Source: Fimbriimonadales bacterium
Lineage (GTDB): Bacteria > Armatimonadota > Fimbriimonadia > Fimbriimonadales > ATM1
Assembly: GCA_051003155.1 (NCBI GenBank)
Contig: JBPCLO010000013.1
Coordinates: 93,634-157,633, forward strand
Direction: 5' to 3'
DNA: 64,000 nt
Shown: one piece after another, positions 29,755 through 41,178 of the stretch
Layout of the letters: each line of letters begins with the position of its first letter
Position numbering within the stretch: the stretch's first letter is position 1
Translations under genes and position numbers: made by a program
Notes under the pieces: model-generated
What the model was told of the DNA's origin: nothing
What the model saw: the letters and a program-made list of their open reading frames with translations, nothing else
The model's database searches: none

Positions 29755-30901
29755 ATGCCGTGTACACAGCCCAACTACGTTCGTCATACCGGGAACGTCG
29801 GCGCTGATGAGCCGTCTGCTGGCGTCGCCAGCGCCGGAGTGGGACCCAAATTGATGGTCAGTAACGAGCCCGAAGCAATCTCCGTTGTTCCTATTCTGGT
29901 GCCGCCGAGTGGGACGACCCACACACTGCATAAGGCCACCATTCCCGTTGGCGCTGCTTATTCACCACTTAGGATTTATCTTTGGCATGAAAACAAAGTT
30001 GTTCCTGGACAGGAAGTATGGATACATATTGCTGCAAGCCTCTCGACCGGAACCGGCACAGTTGAATTGGTCGAAGAAGATGTTCACGGCACGGACCTGG
30101 TCTCGATGGGAATGTGCCTATCGAAGGCGCAATTGTACAGCAGCTTTGGCCTACCCTTAGCAAGCATCGCGATTTCGACCGCAGAACAAAGTATCTGGTC
30201 GCACAACATGGCGCAAAGCACCACTCTCGGTGCGGTTCTCCAACTGACCGTTAGCGCAAGCAACTTCGGCGACCCTTCAAATAAGAACTGCAGTTTCACA
30301 GAATACGACTTTACTCGGTACCTGGACCGACCCGGTTGCACCCCTCAGCAGAGCCGCTCACGTGCGTGGCACATGGCCTTGGTCTACTATCGAGTTGCCC
30401 TGGTGCGATTTCGATGCGCAACCCAACCTCGGCCCTTCCCTTATGAAAATAGGCGTTTGCGAAAGAGACGGGCCCGAGGAAGTCAAGTTTTCCTCGGCAA
30501 GCGGTGGTTCATCTGCTACCGTAAACAGAGGTCTCTACGGCGTCGACTTATTCTACAGGTTCACACTGATCAATCAAGGCTCGAACATGGGCGAGGTGTA
30601 TGCATATTCTGAGACAAGGGGAATTCCCGCGGGCCTGGGTTACTTTGGCGCCGCTCATATCAAGGAACCGTTGGGATTCAGCCAGCGGGGCGTTCTGCCA
30701 ATAAAGCCACCTGATCTCCAAACGCCGGGAACGGAGTTGCAATGGGTCGGTCTGTCAACGACTCTCCAAGACCAAGACACACCGATTCTTGTCGCCCCGG
30801 GTGCGCACATTCCCTTACTTATCGGAGTTGCCAACGGCGGCGCGGCTACTTTGCCGTTCAATTTGGTTCTAACGAAATTGGCATTTGATAGAGACGAGTA
30901 G
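29755..30901 (+). pseudogene. Hypothetical protein split by a single frameshift near 30258
   Basis: Removing one A in gcaagcaac joins ..LQLTVSA to ATSATLQIRTAVSQ..VRGTWPW; could be a sequencing error. Confidence 0.6.
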
Positions 30902-30922
30902 AGATTTGCGAGGCTTTTGAGC

Positions 30923-32053
30923 ATGATTATTTCCTTTTTGATTGGCGGACTACTCGGGCAATCGCTTGGCGAGGCGCCCGACCAGCTCTTCACTGCCATT
31001 GCTCCGACGAGCATTCGTCAAATCGAGGCTACGAACGATATTCATAAGGCCCTGCTCGAAAACCCTTTGCTTTTTACCTTGATTGCGGAGAACGGGGAGT
31101 GCACTTTTGAATCCGCTTATCGCTTTCGCACGTGGGAGCTCCCTTCTGGCAAATTCGACAGAAACGACATTATCAGCTACGAGTTGTTCGGGCCGGCACC
31201 GTTTCGACTCCGTGTCGGTAATGAGAGTCAAGCTTACTATTGGCCCCGCGCTGCTAACCCGGTGGAGAAATATCGTAGGCGTTCCCCATTGGGCGGGCTA
31301 CCCTTGGCTGCCCTTTCCCGCAATCGCATTCTGACTGCGACTACTGAAGAGCGTAGGATCCGAAACAAGGAAATCGCGTACACGCTCGTGTCGATTGCGC
31401 ACCTCGAAAAGCGGGGGTCCGATCCAAATCCCACATGGATGATGAAATCGGATGCAAAAAGTGAAAGGCGAACTCCGATGGCAGGGCGGCTGCTTAGCCA
31501 AACCGAAGCGGATGTGGTTTTCTTGGACGAGGGTTATGTCAAGCCTACGACCCATGTCGTACAGTATCGTTTCGGTCGCTCCAAGCGACCTGTCCTCGTG
31601 TGGAAAAAGACTCTCTCGGGCGTCGGGTATGTCGGCTCCGGGCGACGTGACTCGCGGTTTGCCTTCGACCTCGAGCGAAGCCTGATTCTCATGTCACCGG
31701 AACGTGACGAGCGCTCGCTATTGTGGACCGAGCGTGCGACTCGTCCGGTTCCGGCGGGGCCGAAGGCACTCGTCATGCGAGCGTTCTTCATCCGCGGAAA
31801 GCCGTTGTGGCATTTCGTCGACCAGGACGTCTTCTTCTATATTGCGAACGAATCGTCCTGGCGGCCGTTCGACTGGGGCGACCAAATGGCAAGGGGTCGC
31901 AATCATCTTGTCGCCGTGGGGCCAACCAAGGGCGAAGATCCGCCGTCAGTGTTTCGCGGTTATCGCGTTTGTGCCGCCAGCGCTTCCGGTAAGTACATGT
32001 TAGTGTGGCGGTATCTAGACAACTCTCTTTGGCGATTAACGTTTGGGGCGTAA
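30923..32053 (+). CDS. Hypothetical secreted protein
   Basis: ~376-aa ORF with hydrophobic N-terminus. Confidence 0.6.
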   Translation: MIISFLIGGLLGQSLGEAPDQLFTAIAPTSIRQIEATNDIHKALLENPLLFTLIAENGECTFESAYRFRTWELPSGKFDRNDIISYELFGPAPFRLRVGNESQAYYWPRAANPVEKYRRRSPLGGLPLAALSRNRILTATTEERRIRNKEIAYTLVSIAHLEKRGSDPNPTWMMKSDAKSERRTPMAGRLLSQTEADVVFLDEGYVKPTTHVVQYRFGRSKRPVLVWKKTLSGVGYVGSGRRDSRFAFDLERSLILMSPERDERSLLWTERATRPVPAGPKALVMRAFFIRGKPLWHFVDQDVFFYIANESSWRPFDWGDQMARGRNHLVAVGPTKGEDPPSVFRGYRVCAASASGKYMLVWRYLDNSLWRLTFGA

Positions 32054-32174
32054 AGCCCTGGGTCACGGAATCCCGCAACATTGCGCTCGGCCGCCACGTC
32101 TGGACAAATGCGACTCCCACAGAAGACACTTGCGAAAGCTGTATCCGATGTAAAATCGCAACACCACTCGACTG

Positions 32175-35100
32175 ATGTCCAAGCCGTTCGTCCATATCCA
32201 CAACCACACGGAATACAGCCTCCTCGACGGAGCGCAGCGAATTCCGCAGATGGTGGCGAGGGCGAAGGAACTGGGGATGCCGGCGCTGGCGATTACCGAC
32301 CACGGCGCGATGTTCGGCGCCATGGAGTTTTATCTCGAATGCAAAAAGCAGGGCGTCAAGCCGATCATCGGGATGGAGGCTTACGTCGCCCCCGAAGGCC
32401 TGCACAAGCGGAGCGCACGGGAGGAGAACTCCACCTACCACCTGCTTCTCCTCGCGAAAAACAAGGTCGGCTACCAAAACCTTTGCAAGCTCGCGACGAT
32501 CTCGTCTCTCGAAGGCTTCTACTATAAGCCCAGGATCGATCATGAAGCGCTGAAGGAACACGCCGAGGGCCTCATCAGCACCACCACCTGCCTCGGCAGC
32601 GAGATCAACCAGTACCTACTCCAAGGTGATTATGACAAAGCCCAGCGGACGGCCGGCCTGTACAAAGAAATCCTCGGCGACGGCAATTACTTCGTGGAAC
32701 TGCAGGACCACGGCCTGAAAGAGCAAGCCCAAATTAAGGACGACTTGCTGCGAATATCGCGAGAGCTTGACTTGCCCCTCGTGTGCACGAACGACTCGCA
32801 CTATCTTTGCGAAGGCGATTACCAAGCGCACGACGTTCTGCTGTGCATCCAAACGAACGCGAAAGTGGCCGACAACAAACGGATGCGCTTCGAGACTAAC
32901 GAGTTCTATCTCAAGTCTCCCGAACAAATGGAGAAGACGTTCGCGGATACGCCGGAGGCTTACGAGAACACTTCCGCCATCGCGGACATGTGCAGCTTGG
33001 AGTTGGGGAGCGACCGTGTCGAGCTTCCCGACCCCGAGATTCCGGAGGGTTTGTCGTCCCAGGAATACCTGTCGAGCCTGGCTCTCGCCGGGCTTAGGGA
33101 GCGCTTCGCGAATGTGACCGAGAAGCACGAGGAGCGGCTTCGCTACGAGCTCGGCGTTATCGACACCACGGGCTTCCAGAAGTACTTGCTGCTGGTCCGA
33201 GAGTTTGCGAAGTTCACCCGCGAACAGGGCATCTATTTCGGCGTTCGAGGTTCGGCGGCAGGCTCGCTCGTCAGCTACTGCCTCGGAATTACGGACATTG
33301 ACCCAGTGGAGCACGACCTGATGTTCGAGCGGTTCCTCAACCCCGAGCGGATCGAGATGCCCGATATCGACATGGACTTCGAGGATGCCCGCCGCGACGA
33401 AGTCATCAGCTATGTCCGCGATCGCTTCGGCGAAGACCGCGTCGCCCAGATCATCACGTTCGGAACACTCGGGGCGAAGGCTGCGATGAGAGATGCCGGC
33501 CGGGCGCTCGCTATCAGCCCGATAGACGTCGATCGCTTGTGCAAGCTGGTCCCCTCGATTCCGGGCACCACGATCGAGCGCACGCTTCACGACATCCCTG
33601 AGTTCAAGAGGGCCTACGCCGAAGACGCGACGGCGAAGCAGCTCATCGACACGGCGAAGAGCATCGAAGGCGTTAGCCGACACTACGGCGTGCACGCAGC
33701 TGGCGTGGTCATCAGCAAGGAGCCGCTGCGAAATACCGTTCCGCTCGCGAAGGGGTCGGACGACCAGATCATCACGCAGTTCCCGATGGACATGCTCGAG
33801 AAGGCGGGCCTTCTCAAGATGGACTTCCTCGGCCTGAGCAACCTCACCGTTCTATCCAGGGCCGTCCAGAACGTCGAAGCCGCCGGCAAAGGCAAGATCG
33901 ACATCCTGAATATCCCGACTGACGACGCCAAGTCCTACGAAGTCATTGGCCGTGGCGAGACGGTCGGCATTTTCCAGTTGGAGGGCGGCGGGATGACGCG
34001 CTACGTTCAGGAGCTCAAGCCCCAAAACATCGGCGAGCTGGCCGCCATGGTGGCTCTCTACCGACCCGGCCCAATGGAGCACATTCCGCGCTATATCCGC
34101 GGGAAGTTCGGACTGGAAAAACTCGCCTATATCGACCCGCGAATGGAAGAAACCCTAGCGGAGACCTACGGGGTCATCGTCTATCAAGACCAGGTCATCC
34201 ACCTCGTTCGCGCTCTCGCGGGATTCAGCCTCGGCGAAGCCGACATCCTTCGTAAGGCCATGGGCAAGAAGGATAAGAAGGCCATGGCTTCAGCCCAGAC
34301 ATCGTTCATATCCCGCGCTGTAGAGCTGGGAATGGCCGAGGCCGATGCGAACGAGGTCTTCGACCTACTGCTTCCGTTCGCCGGCTACGCGTTCAACAAG
34401 GCTCACGCGGTGTGTTACGGAACCATCGCGTACCAGACCGCCTACATGAAGGCGAATTATCCTGTCGAGTATATGGCTGCGCTCCTGGGCGTTTACCAGG
34501 GGAAGGAGGACAGGGTCGTCGGCTGTATCGAGGAGTGTCGGCGGATGGGAATTCGGGTGCTCGCACCGGATGTGAACCGGTCCTCGGAAGACTTCACGGT
34601 CGAGGCGATGGAAGACGGCACTCAGTCTGCCGTCCGCTTCGGCCTCGCGGCGATAAAGGGAATCGGGTCGGCGGCCGTCCAGGGAATCCTGCGGGCAAGG
34701 GAAGAGGGCCCTTTCAAGCACCTGTTCGAACTCGCTGAGACGTGCAGGCTGCAGGGCGGGTTCAACAAGCTCGCGCTGGAGGCTTTGATCAAGGCCGGGG
34801 CGCTCGAATCGCTCGATCCTAATCGCGCGAAGCTTTTGGTGATGCTCGACACGGCTTTGGCCTTTGCCGAACGGTCCGCCCGCGACAAGCTTTCAGGACA
34901 AGACTCGCTCTTCGGCGGCAATGGCGAGGAGCCCGGATCGACGCCCTACCCGATTTTGCCCGACGTGCCGATGCAGCATCGCCGTGAGAATTTGGCCATG
35001 GAGAAGGAGGTCATGGGCCTCTATTTGAGCGACCACCCGCTACGGGGATACGAGCGCACCCTGGCGTCGGCGGCAACTCACTCGGCGGCGGCGATCGCCG

Positions 35101-35663
35101 AACTCGAAGACAGCACCCAGGTTACGATCGCCGGCGTCGTCACGTCGTTCAAGCAAATACGAACCAAATCTAAGAACGAGCTCATGGCCACGCTGACGCT
35201 CGAGGACTTCTCGGGCCAGGCGACCGTCACCGTATTCCCCTCGTCGTACGCCGCCACCCAGCACCTGCTCGCTAAAGACAGAATCATCGCCGTCCAGGGG
35301 CACATTCAGCATCGCGAGCGCCGCGGGGATGCCGGAACTTTGAAAATGGTGGAGGTTATCGCGCGGGGAGTTTCGGCGATCGCGGAACCTGGCGCGGAAG
35401 GCGAAGACGAGGATCACCCAAGCAAGGTCCCCGGAACTCTCGGGACCTTGCTCGTACAGGTCCTAAGGGCTTCGTTGCCCCAGCTAAGGCGTGCCCGAGA
35501 ACTGTTCGAGAGGAACCCGGGCGAGTTCTCGGTAATGCTGGAAATCGGCAGCAACGGCACCACAAAAGTGATCCCGACCAAGCACCTGGTGAGCGACGGC
35601 CCATGGATCGTGGAACTGCGTCGCACTTTCGAACATGGCTTCGTAAAGATCGGACGCAACTAA
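32175..35663 (+). CDS. dnaE: DNA polymerase III subunit alpha
   Basis: PHP HNHTEYSLLDG, RGSAAGSLV, FERFLNPER..MPDIDMDF, GYAFNKAHA, OB fold. Confidence 0.98.
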   Translation: MSKPFVHIHNHTEYSLLDGAQRIPQMVARAKELGMPALAITDHGAMFGAMEFYLECKKQGVKPIIGMEAYVAPEGLHKRSAREENSTYHLLLLAKNKVGYQNLCKLATISSLEGFYYKPRIDHEALKEHAEGLISTTTCLGSEINQYLLQGDYDKAQRTAGLYKEILGDGNYFVELQDHGLKEQAQIKDDLLRISRELDLPLVCTNDSHYLCEGDYQAHDVLLCIQTNAKVADNKRMRFETNEFYLKSPEQMEKTFADTPEAYENTSAIADMCSLELGSDRVELPDPEIPEGLSSQEYLSSLALAGLRERFANVTEKHEERLRYELGVIDTTGFQKYLLLVREFAKFTREQGIYFGVRGSAAGSLVSYCLGITDIDPVEHDLMFERFLNPERIEMPDIDMDFEDARRDEVISYVRDRFGEDRVAQIITFGTLGAKAAMRDAGRALAISPIDVDRLCKLVPSIPGTTIERTLHDIPEFKRAYAEDATAKQLIDTAKSIEGVSRHYGVHAAGVVISKEPLRNTVPLAKGSDDQIITQFPMDMLEKAGLLKMDFLGLSNLTVLSRAVQNVEAAGKGKIDILNIPTDDAKSYEVIGRGETVGIFQLEGGGMTRYVQELKPQNIGELAAMVALYRPGPMEHIPRYIRGKFGLEKLAYIDPRMEETLAETYGVIVYQDQVIHLVRALAGFSLGEADILRKAMGKKDKKAMASAQTSFISRAVELGMAEADANEVFDLLLPFAGYAFNKAHAVCYGTIAYQTAYMKANYPVEYMAALLGVYQGKEDRVVGCIEECRRMGIRVLAPDVNRSSEDFTVEAMEDGTQSAVRFGLAAIKGIGSAAVQGILRAREEGPFKHLFELAETCRLQGGFNKLALEALIKAGALESLDPNRAKLLVMLDTALAFAERSARDKLSGQDSLFGGNGEEPGSTPYPILPDVPMQHRRENLAMEKEVMGLYLSDHPLRGYERTLASAATHSAAAIAELEDSTQVTIAGVVTSFKQIRTKSKNELMATLTLEDFSGQATVTVFPSSYAATQHLLAKDRIIAVQGHIQHRERRGDAGTLKMVEVIARGVSAIAEPGAEGEDEDHPSKVPGTLGTLLVQVLRASLPQLRRARELFERNPGEFSVMLEIGSNGTTKVIPTKHLVSDGPWIVELRRTFEHGFVKIGRN

Positions 35664-35719
35664 AAAAGCGTTGCTTCGAGACATTATTTCCTGTATAGTG
35701 TAGTGGGTGAACTCGAAAG

Positions 35720-36932
35720 ATGGTCCTCGCATGTAGATTGTCGGCGCTTCTGATCGGCTTGGCCGCGTTCGGTGCGCCGATGGCCGGCAACCCCCCCCCC
35801 GTATGCGGTCGTCCTCGTGGACTATCTTGAGTCTAAGCCACTCACGGACAGGATCGAATATCCTGCCGTCTTCCCTGCAGTAGAGTTCACAGCCAATCAG
35901 CCGGGTGCCCCCGCCGTTGTGTGGCCGAGGAGCAGCGGCAGCCGCCAGGTGAGGATACGGTTCCTGAACCCGATGGGACCGCACAACGCGACCCTCACGG
36001 TCTCCTCCGGCACCTACACAACAGGGCTGGGAACCGTTAACCTCGGAGTAACAGCTTCACCCACGGTCCTGACCTTCCCGGCCGGTGGCGAAGCGGAGAG
36101 CATTCTCACGATAACCGGCATGCCGAACTACGTGGCGAAGGGAACGATAACGATTCCGTTTACCCTGATCGGGCTCACCGGGCTTTCCGGGGCCATCGGC
36201 CAAGTCGTCTACTTGACAGACTCCTCGCCAATCGGTATACAGAGCCCGGTATGGACTAATGTGCTGGACGACGCGTGCGTCTGGGCATTGGGTCTGGCCG
36301 GAGAGGATCCGTGTCGTGGGGCCACGACTAACGGAATGTTTTTCCAGGGACCTTTCCGGTACGACCCCTTTGATTCGAGTTATACGATTGACAATCCCTA
36401 CTTGGTGGGATTTACCCAGCAGTTCCGGCTCGTCAGATTCTTCATAGATCGTGAAGAAGCGACGGGGGCACTAGACGTCGATTGCCGGGACGTTTCGAAC
36501 TACGTCGGTATTATGTGGCGCGCCCTCGGAGTTTCGGCCCAATGGATTCAACTCTCGTCCAATCCTAGCGGATTCCGAACACATCCTATTTGCTGGATAG
36601 GCGACGACCCGGCGTACTCCTACAACTACGATCCGTACAACTTCAACTTCCACCAAATGCCGATCGATTCCGGATGGAATGTGTACGACGCCGTCGGCGC
36701 CCACTACTTCGACCTCCAGGGGAACGCTTACAGGGACTTGGCAATCAAATGGTTCGACCTGAACTACTGGCAAACGCCGGCGCCGGGAATCCGCGTGTAT
36801 CCCGACGCGGTTTACTCAAACTATGTGGGCTTAACCAGGTGTTATAGCGGCGTCCCCGAGCCTCCATTGGGAGCGGAAGTTCAATCGATCATCATCTTCG
36901 GAAACGTAATCGGATATGGCGAGGACAACTAG
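35720..36932 (+). CDS. Secreted protein with transglutaminase-like C/H/D motifs; signal peptide out of frame at a C10 tract
   Basis: ATG 35720 MVLACRLSALLIGLAAFGAP.. joins the main ORF if C10 (35791-35800) is C9; VDCRDVSN..ALGV, FNFHQ, VYDA. Confidence 0.6.
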
Positions 36933-36953
36933 TCCTTATATAGGAGCGACGAC

Positions 36954-37748
36954 ATGAAGCAACTCATGAGCATCCCACTTTTCCTTATGACCGCTGGCGG
37001 CTGGGCGGATATGTACGACGACAGCCGCGCAATCGCTCGGACGGAAGTCGTGTCCGATCCGGCGTTTCGCATCGATCGTTCAGGTGGAGATCGAGGGCAG
37101 GACTCCTTCTTTTACGATGCTACGGCCCGGCGAGCGAATCGGAATTCTTTGCTCTTGACGATCTATAAGCGGCCGGACGAAACCGGAGCAAGCTCCGTTT
37201 GGAACGCTCTTACTCCCAACCTGCGGACCGAGCAATCTAACGTCGCATTTAGCGGCCTGCCTGTCGGTGCTGCTGTAAGGCAAAACGTCGGCATTCGAGG
37301 TGGGTGCTCGATCCATGCCATCGACGGCCTGTTCGTCGTCAAGGCCCACTTGTCATACAGCGGCAGCCGCCCACCTGAAGGCGGCAACGCGGACGACAAG
37401 ATCATATGTGAGGGTGTTGCGAGGCGCTCTCTTGCGCGTTGCCGCGGATTGCAGGCGCAATCGGCGCAGAACATCAACGTCAACGGCACGGAGGTCGGCT
37501 CGCTTACCGGACCGAGAGGCGAGCGGCTCGTTGACCTCGTCCGGTATTGCGAAGCACTCAACCTGGAAATGACGACCAATCAGCGGCTCGGTACGGCCAG
37601 TTTCACTCAAGGTGGTGAGCAGGTGATCATCCCGCTGGCTGCGCTCAAGATCAAGGACGGCCCACGCTGGATCGAGACGCAGGACATCTCGCTCATCAAG
37701 AGCGGCAAGTGGTACGTCTCATACGCCGGTCTTGAAGCCACGCGCTAA
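36954..37748 (+). CDS. Hypothetical secreted protein
   Basis: AGGAG RBS, signal peptide; C-terminus weakly resembles copper-amine-oxidase N-terminal/stalk domain. Confidence 0.65.
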   Translation: MKQLMSIPLFLMTAGGWADMYDDSRAIARTEVVSDPAFRIDRSGGDRGQDSFFYDATARRANRNSLLLTIYKRPDETGASSVWNALTPNLRTEQSNVAFSGLPVGAAVRQNVGIRGGCSIHAIDGLFVVKAHLSYSGSRPPEGGNADDKIICEGVARRSLARCRGLQAQSAQNINVNGTEVGSLTGPRGERLVDLVRYCEALNLEMTTNQRLGTASFTQGGEQVIIPLAALKIKDGPRWIETQDISLIKSGKWYVSYAGLEATR

Positions 37749-37805
37749 AGCGTGTGCCGCCGGCTTCGGCTATCCTTGCACTCTTAGCCTAGGTACGCTC
37801 GATCC

Positions 37806-39857
37806 ATGCGAAACCGGCTCGCCCACGCTTCTAGCCCGTACCTGAGGCAGCACAAGGACAACCCGGTCCATTGGCAACCGTGGGACGACGCGGCGTTCGC
37901 ATTGGCAAGTGACGAGGAGAAGCCGATTTTCTTGAGCGTCGGCTACAGCTCCTGTCACTGGTGCCACGTGATGGAGCACGAGAGTTTCGAAAACCCCGAT
38001 ATCGCCGCGATACTGAACGAACACTTCGTACCCATCAAGGTTGATCGCGAAGAGCGGCCGGATGTGGATGAAACCTACATGGCTGCCGTCCAGATGTCCA
38101 GCGGCCACGGCGGCTGGCCGATGACCCTTTTCCTAACGCCCGAACGTGAGCCATTTTTCGCGGGCACGTATTTCCCGGCGGAAGACAGAGGCCAACACGC
38201 AGGCTTCAAGACGATCCTAACTCAGATTTCGATTGCCTGGAACGAGCACCGACCCGAGCTTCAGGAGGCTGCGAACAGCTTCAAGAGGGCGCTCGAAGAA
38301 ACAATGCGCCAGCCTGCGCCCGAGGCAACCGGGACTTTGGGATGGCCCTTGATCGATTTGGCGATCGAGCAGATGAAGGACAGATTCGACGTGGAACACG
38401 GCGGTTTCGGCGAGCGCCCGAAGTTCCCGCCGCACCAGGCGATCGCGCTCCTCCTGTACATGGCTGAGCACCACGAACGGGAAGACTGCCTGAAGCTCGC
38501 CACGCGAACGCTCGACGGGATGATGCTCGGCGGCATCCACGACCACGTCGGCGGAGGCTTCCACCGGTACTCGACCGACGAAGCGTGGCTCATCCCGCAT
38601 TTTGAGAAAATGCTTTATGACAACGCTCTCATGCTCGCTAACTATGCAAACGCACACAGGCTCACGGCGAACCTGGAATACCGGCGCGTCTCTGACCGCC
38701 TCGTCGCCTGGCTAGAGCGCGAGATGACGTCATCGCAAGGTACGTTCTACTCTGCTCTCGATGCGGACAGCGAAGGAGAAGAAGGGAAGTTCTACACTTG
38801 GGGCAGGGATGAGGCCCCCGTTTCCGAGGAGTTCAAGCTGGCATTCGGATTAACAAAGGATGGCAATTTTTTAGACGAGGCGACGGGTGAGAGAACCGGC
38901 CAGAACATCCCGCATTTAACAAAGCCGCAAGGCTCGCATTGGGACCGGGAACTGAACAGCCTCCGCGAACAGCGAGAGAAGCGTGTTGGGCCGGGGCTCG
39001 ACGATAAGATCCTTGTGGCTTGGAACGGCCTGATGATCTCCGCACTTGTTGTCGCCGGGCGCTCCGGCCTGGCCGGCAAGTGCGCCGCGGCCATTCTTTC
39101 TGCGGACCCTGTTCCGCATCAATTCGCCGGTGGCAAACCGGAAGGCGAACCCTTCCTCGACCTCGCCTATTTTGTGCAGGGCCTACTCGATCTTGGAATG
39201 CGCACGGAGGCGGATAAGCTTTTCGATAAAATGGTCGATATCCTTCATGATGGGGCCCAGGGCGGGTGGTTCTTCAGTGGCGATCGCCACGAGCACCTTT
39301 TCGGGGCATCGAAGGCCGCCCTCGACAGCGCGACACCGAGCCCGTCCGCAGTTGCGATCCGGTGCGCGGTCCGCCTGGGCAGGCACGAAATCGCTCAAGC
39401 CGACCTTAGGGCAATGCTCGGCTGGATGGAGCGTGCCCCTCTCGCGTCCGAAGCAATGCTGCTAACAACGGCAATGCTACTGGATACCGTGCCGATCCAT
39501 AATGCACAGGGGCGTCCCATAGTAACCGTTCGTCCAGGTGAATCCAAGGTTGTCGACGGCCGTGCGGTCTGGGAGATTCGTATCGATCTTCCTTCGGGCA
39601 GTCACATCAACCCGGCAATGCCCGAGCATGACTATTTGACGCCCACCTCAGTAAGCCTGTTCGGCCTCGGCGAATCCGAAGCACGGGTACCCGATGGGGG
39701 GCTAATAGGGCCTATCGCTATCCCGATCATCGGAACCCCGCCTGCAGGAAAGGAAGGAGAGGCGAAGGCTATCGTGAGACTTCAGGTGTGCACCGACAAC
39801 GCCTGTTTCTTGCCCGAGGAGCACGAGGTGAGCCTTGTCTGGTACCGCGAAGCTTAG
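37806..39857 (+). CDS. YyaL/DUF255 thioredoxin-domain protein with DsbD-N-like C-terminus
   Basis: NRLA..SPYLRQH, SCHWCHVM, GGWP, PHFEKMLYDNA, DDKIL..WNGL. Confidence 0.92.
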   Translation: MRNRLAHASSPYLRQHKDNPVHWQPWDDAAFALASDEEKPIFLSVGYSSCHWCHVMEHESFENPDIAAILNEHFVPIKVDREERPDVDETYMAAVQMSSGHGGWPMTLFLTPEREPFFAGTYFPAEDRGQHAGFKTILTQISIAWNEHRPELQEAANSFKRALEETMRQPAPEATGTLGWPLIDLAIEQMKDRFDVEHGGFGERPKFPPHQAIALLLYMAEHHEREDCLKLATRTLDGMMLGGIHDHVGGGFHRYSTDEAWLIPHFEKMLYDNALMLANYANAHRLTANLEYRRVSDRLVAWLEREMTSSQGTFYSALDADSEGEEGKFYTWGRDEAPVSEEFKLAFGLTKDGNFLDEATGERTGQNIPHLTKPQGSHWDRELNSLREQREKRVGPGLDDKILVAWNGLMISALVVAGRSGLAGKCAAAILSADPVPHQFAGGKPEGEPFLDLAYFVQGLLDLGMRTEADKLFDKMVDILHDGAQGGWFFSGDRHEHLFGASKAALDSATPSPSAVAIRCAVRLGRHEIAQADLRAMLGWMERAPLASEAMLLTTAMLLDTVPIHNAQGRPIVTVRPGESKVVDGRAVWEIRIDLPSGSHINPAMPEHDYLTPTSVSLFGLGESEARVPDGGLIGPIAIPIIGTPPAGKEGEAKAIVRLQVCTDNACFLPEEHEVSLVWYREA

Positions 39858-39880
39858 GCGTAGGTAGAATCTGAAAGCTC

Positions 39881-41158
39881 ATGGTTGAAGTGATCATGCC
39901 CAAAATGGGCGATGCGATGGAAGAAGGAACCCTCGTCGAATGGCTCGTCAAGGAAGGCGATAAAGTCAAATCCGGCGACCCCATCGGTAACATCCAGACC
40001 GACAAAGCCACCGTGGAGTTAACCGCCACAAGCACCGGTATTTTAGCTGGCGTTATTTCGAAAGCCGGCGACACTGTCCCGGTCGGTGTTCCCATCGCAG
40101 CGATCCTCAAGGACGGAGAGTCTCTCCCCGACGGGTGGGGAGGAAGCTCCTCCTCGAAACGGGCGCCCACCAAGGCCGAAGGGCCGACGCCGGCTGAGGC
40201 TGAGCCGCCAGAGCTGAAAGAAGAGGCCGCTCCAAAACAAGCGGTGCCTGCTACCGAGGCTGAGAAGGAAGCGGTCGCCGTAAGCGCGGTGCCGAAAACG
40301 GGTGCCCGGGTTTTTGCAAGCCCCCTCGCGCGGAGATTGGCGGAGGGCGCGGGCTTGCCGTTGGAGGACCTCTCGGGCTCCGGACCGAACGGAAGGATCG
40401 TTGAGCGGGACGTAAGGGCCGCCCTGACCGGGCCAAACCCGGTTGGGATTGCCGTGCCGGCCGCGGCCGATCGTATGGTCGATCTCACGAATCTTCAGCG
40501 GATCGTGGCCGAGCGGACCGCCCACTCCAAATTGCACGTCCCCCACTACTATGTAACCGTTGAAGTCGATGTCGAGGCCGTGGAAGCCCTTCGCGAGCAG
40601 ATGAACGAGGAGAACCAGGAAGGAAAGCTCAGCATCAACGACTTCATCGTCAAGGCTTGCGCACTGGCCCTCCAAGAGCAGCCTCATATCAACGCAAGTT
40701 TCGAGAACGGCAAACGTCACGAGTACGGACAAATTAATATCGGCGTAGCGGCAGCCGTTCCCGACGGGCTCACGCTGCCGGTGATAAAGGACTGCGGCAC
40801 CAAGTCGCTGCGCGAGATGGCCGTCGAAGTACGCGACCTCGTTGGCAAAGCGAAGCAGAATAGGCTTTCGCTCGACCAGCTCACAACTAGCACGTTCGCG
40901 ATCAGCAACATGGGAATGTTCGACGTCGAGAACTTCTCGGCGATCATTAACGAGCCCAATGGAGCGATCGTGGCCGTGAGCACCGCGAGGAAGGTTCCTG
41001 TCGTCGTGGAAACCGAGGAGGGCGACCAGATCGAGATCCGAAGCCGAATGAAGGTCACCGGCTCCTTCGACCACCGGATTATCGATGGTGCGGTCGGAGC
41101 GCAATTCATGGGCGTGGTACGAGGCTATTTGGAAGCTCCGACGCAACTGCTCTCGTGA
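39881..41158 (+). CDS. pdhC: Dihydrolipoamide acyltransferase (E2, pyruvate dehydrogenase-like)
   Basis: Lipoyl TDKA, ASPLARRLA..GSGPNGRI, DHRIIDG. Confidence 0.88.
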   Translation: MVEVIMPKMGDAMEEGTLVEWLVKEGDKVKSGDPIGNIQTDKATVELTATSTGILAGVISKAGDTVPVGVPIAAILKDGESLPDGWGGSSSSKRAPTKAEGPTPAEAEPPELKEEAAPKQAVPATEAEKEAVAVSAVPKTGARVFASPLARRLAEGAGLPLEDLSGSGPNGRIVERDVRAALTGPNPVGIAVPAAADRMVDLTNLQRIVAERTAHSKLHVPHYYVTVEVDVEAVEALREQMNEENQEGKLSINDFIVKACALALQEQPHINASFENGKRHEYGQINIGVAAAVPDGLTLPVIKDCGTKSLREMAVEVRDLVGKAKQNRLSLDQLTTSTFAISNMGMFDVENFSAIINEPNGAIVAVSTARKVPVVVETEEGDQIEIRSRMKVTGSFDHRIIDGAVGAQFMGVVRGYLEAPTQLLS

Positions 41159-41178
41159 ATTGGTTGTAAAATGTGAGC

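Noticed and set aside
32175..35663. Intein in DnaE
   Set aside because: Ordinary length and no splicing motifs noticed
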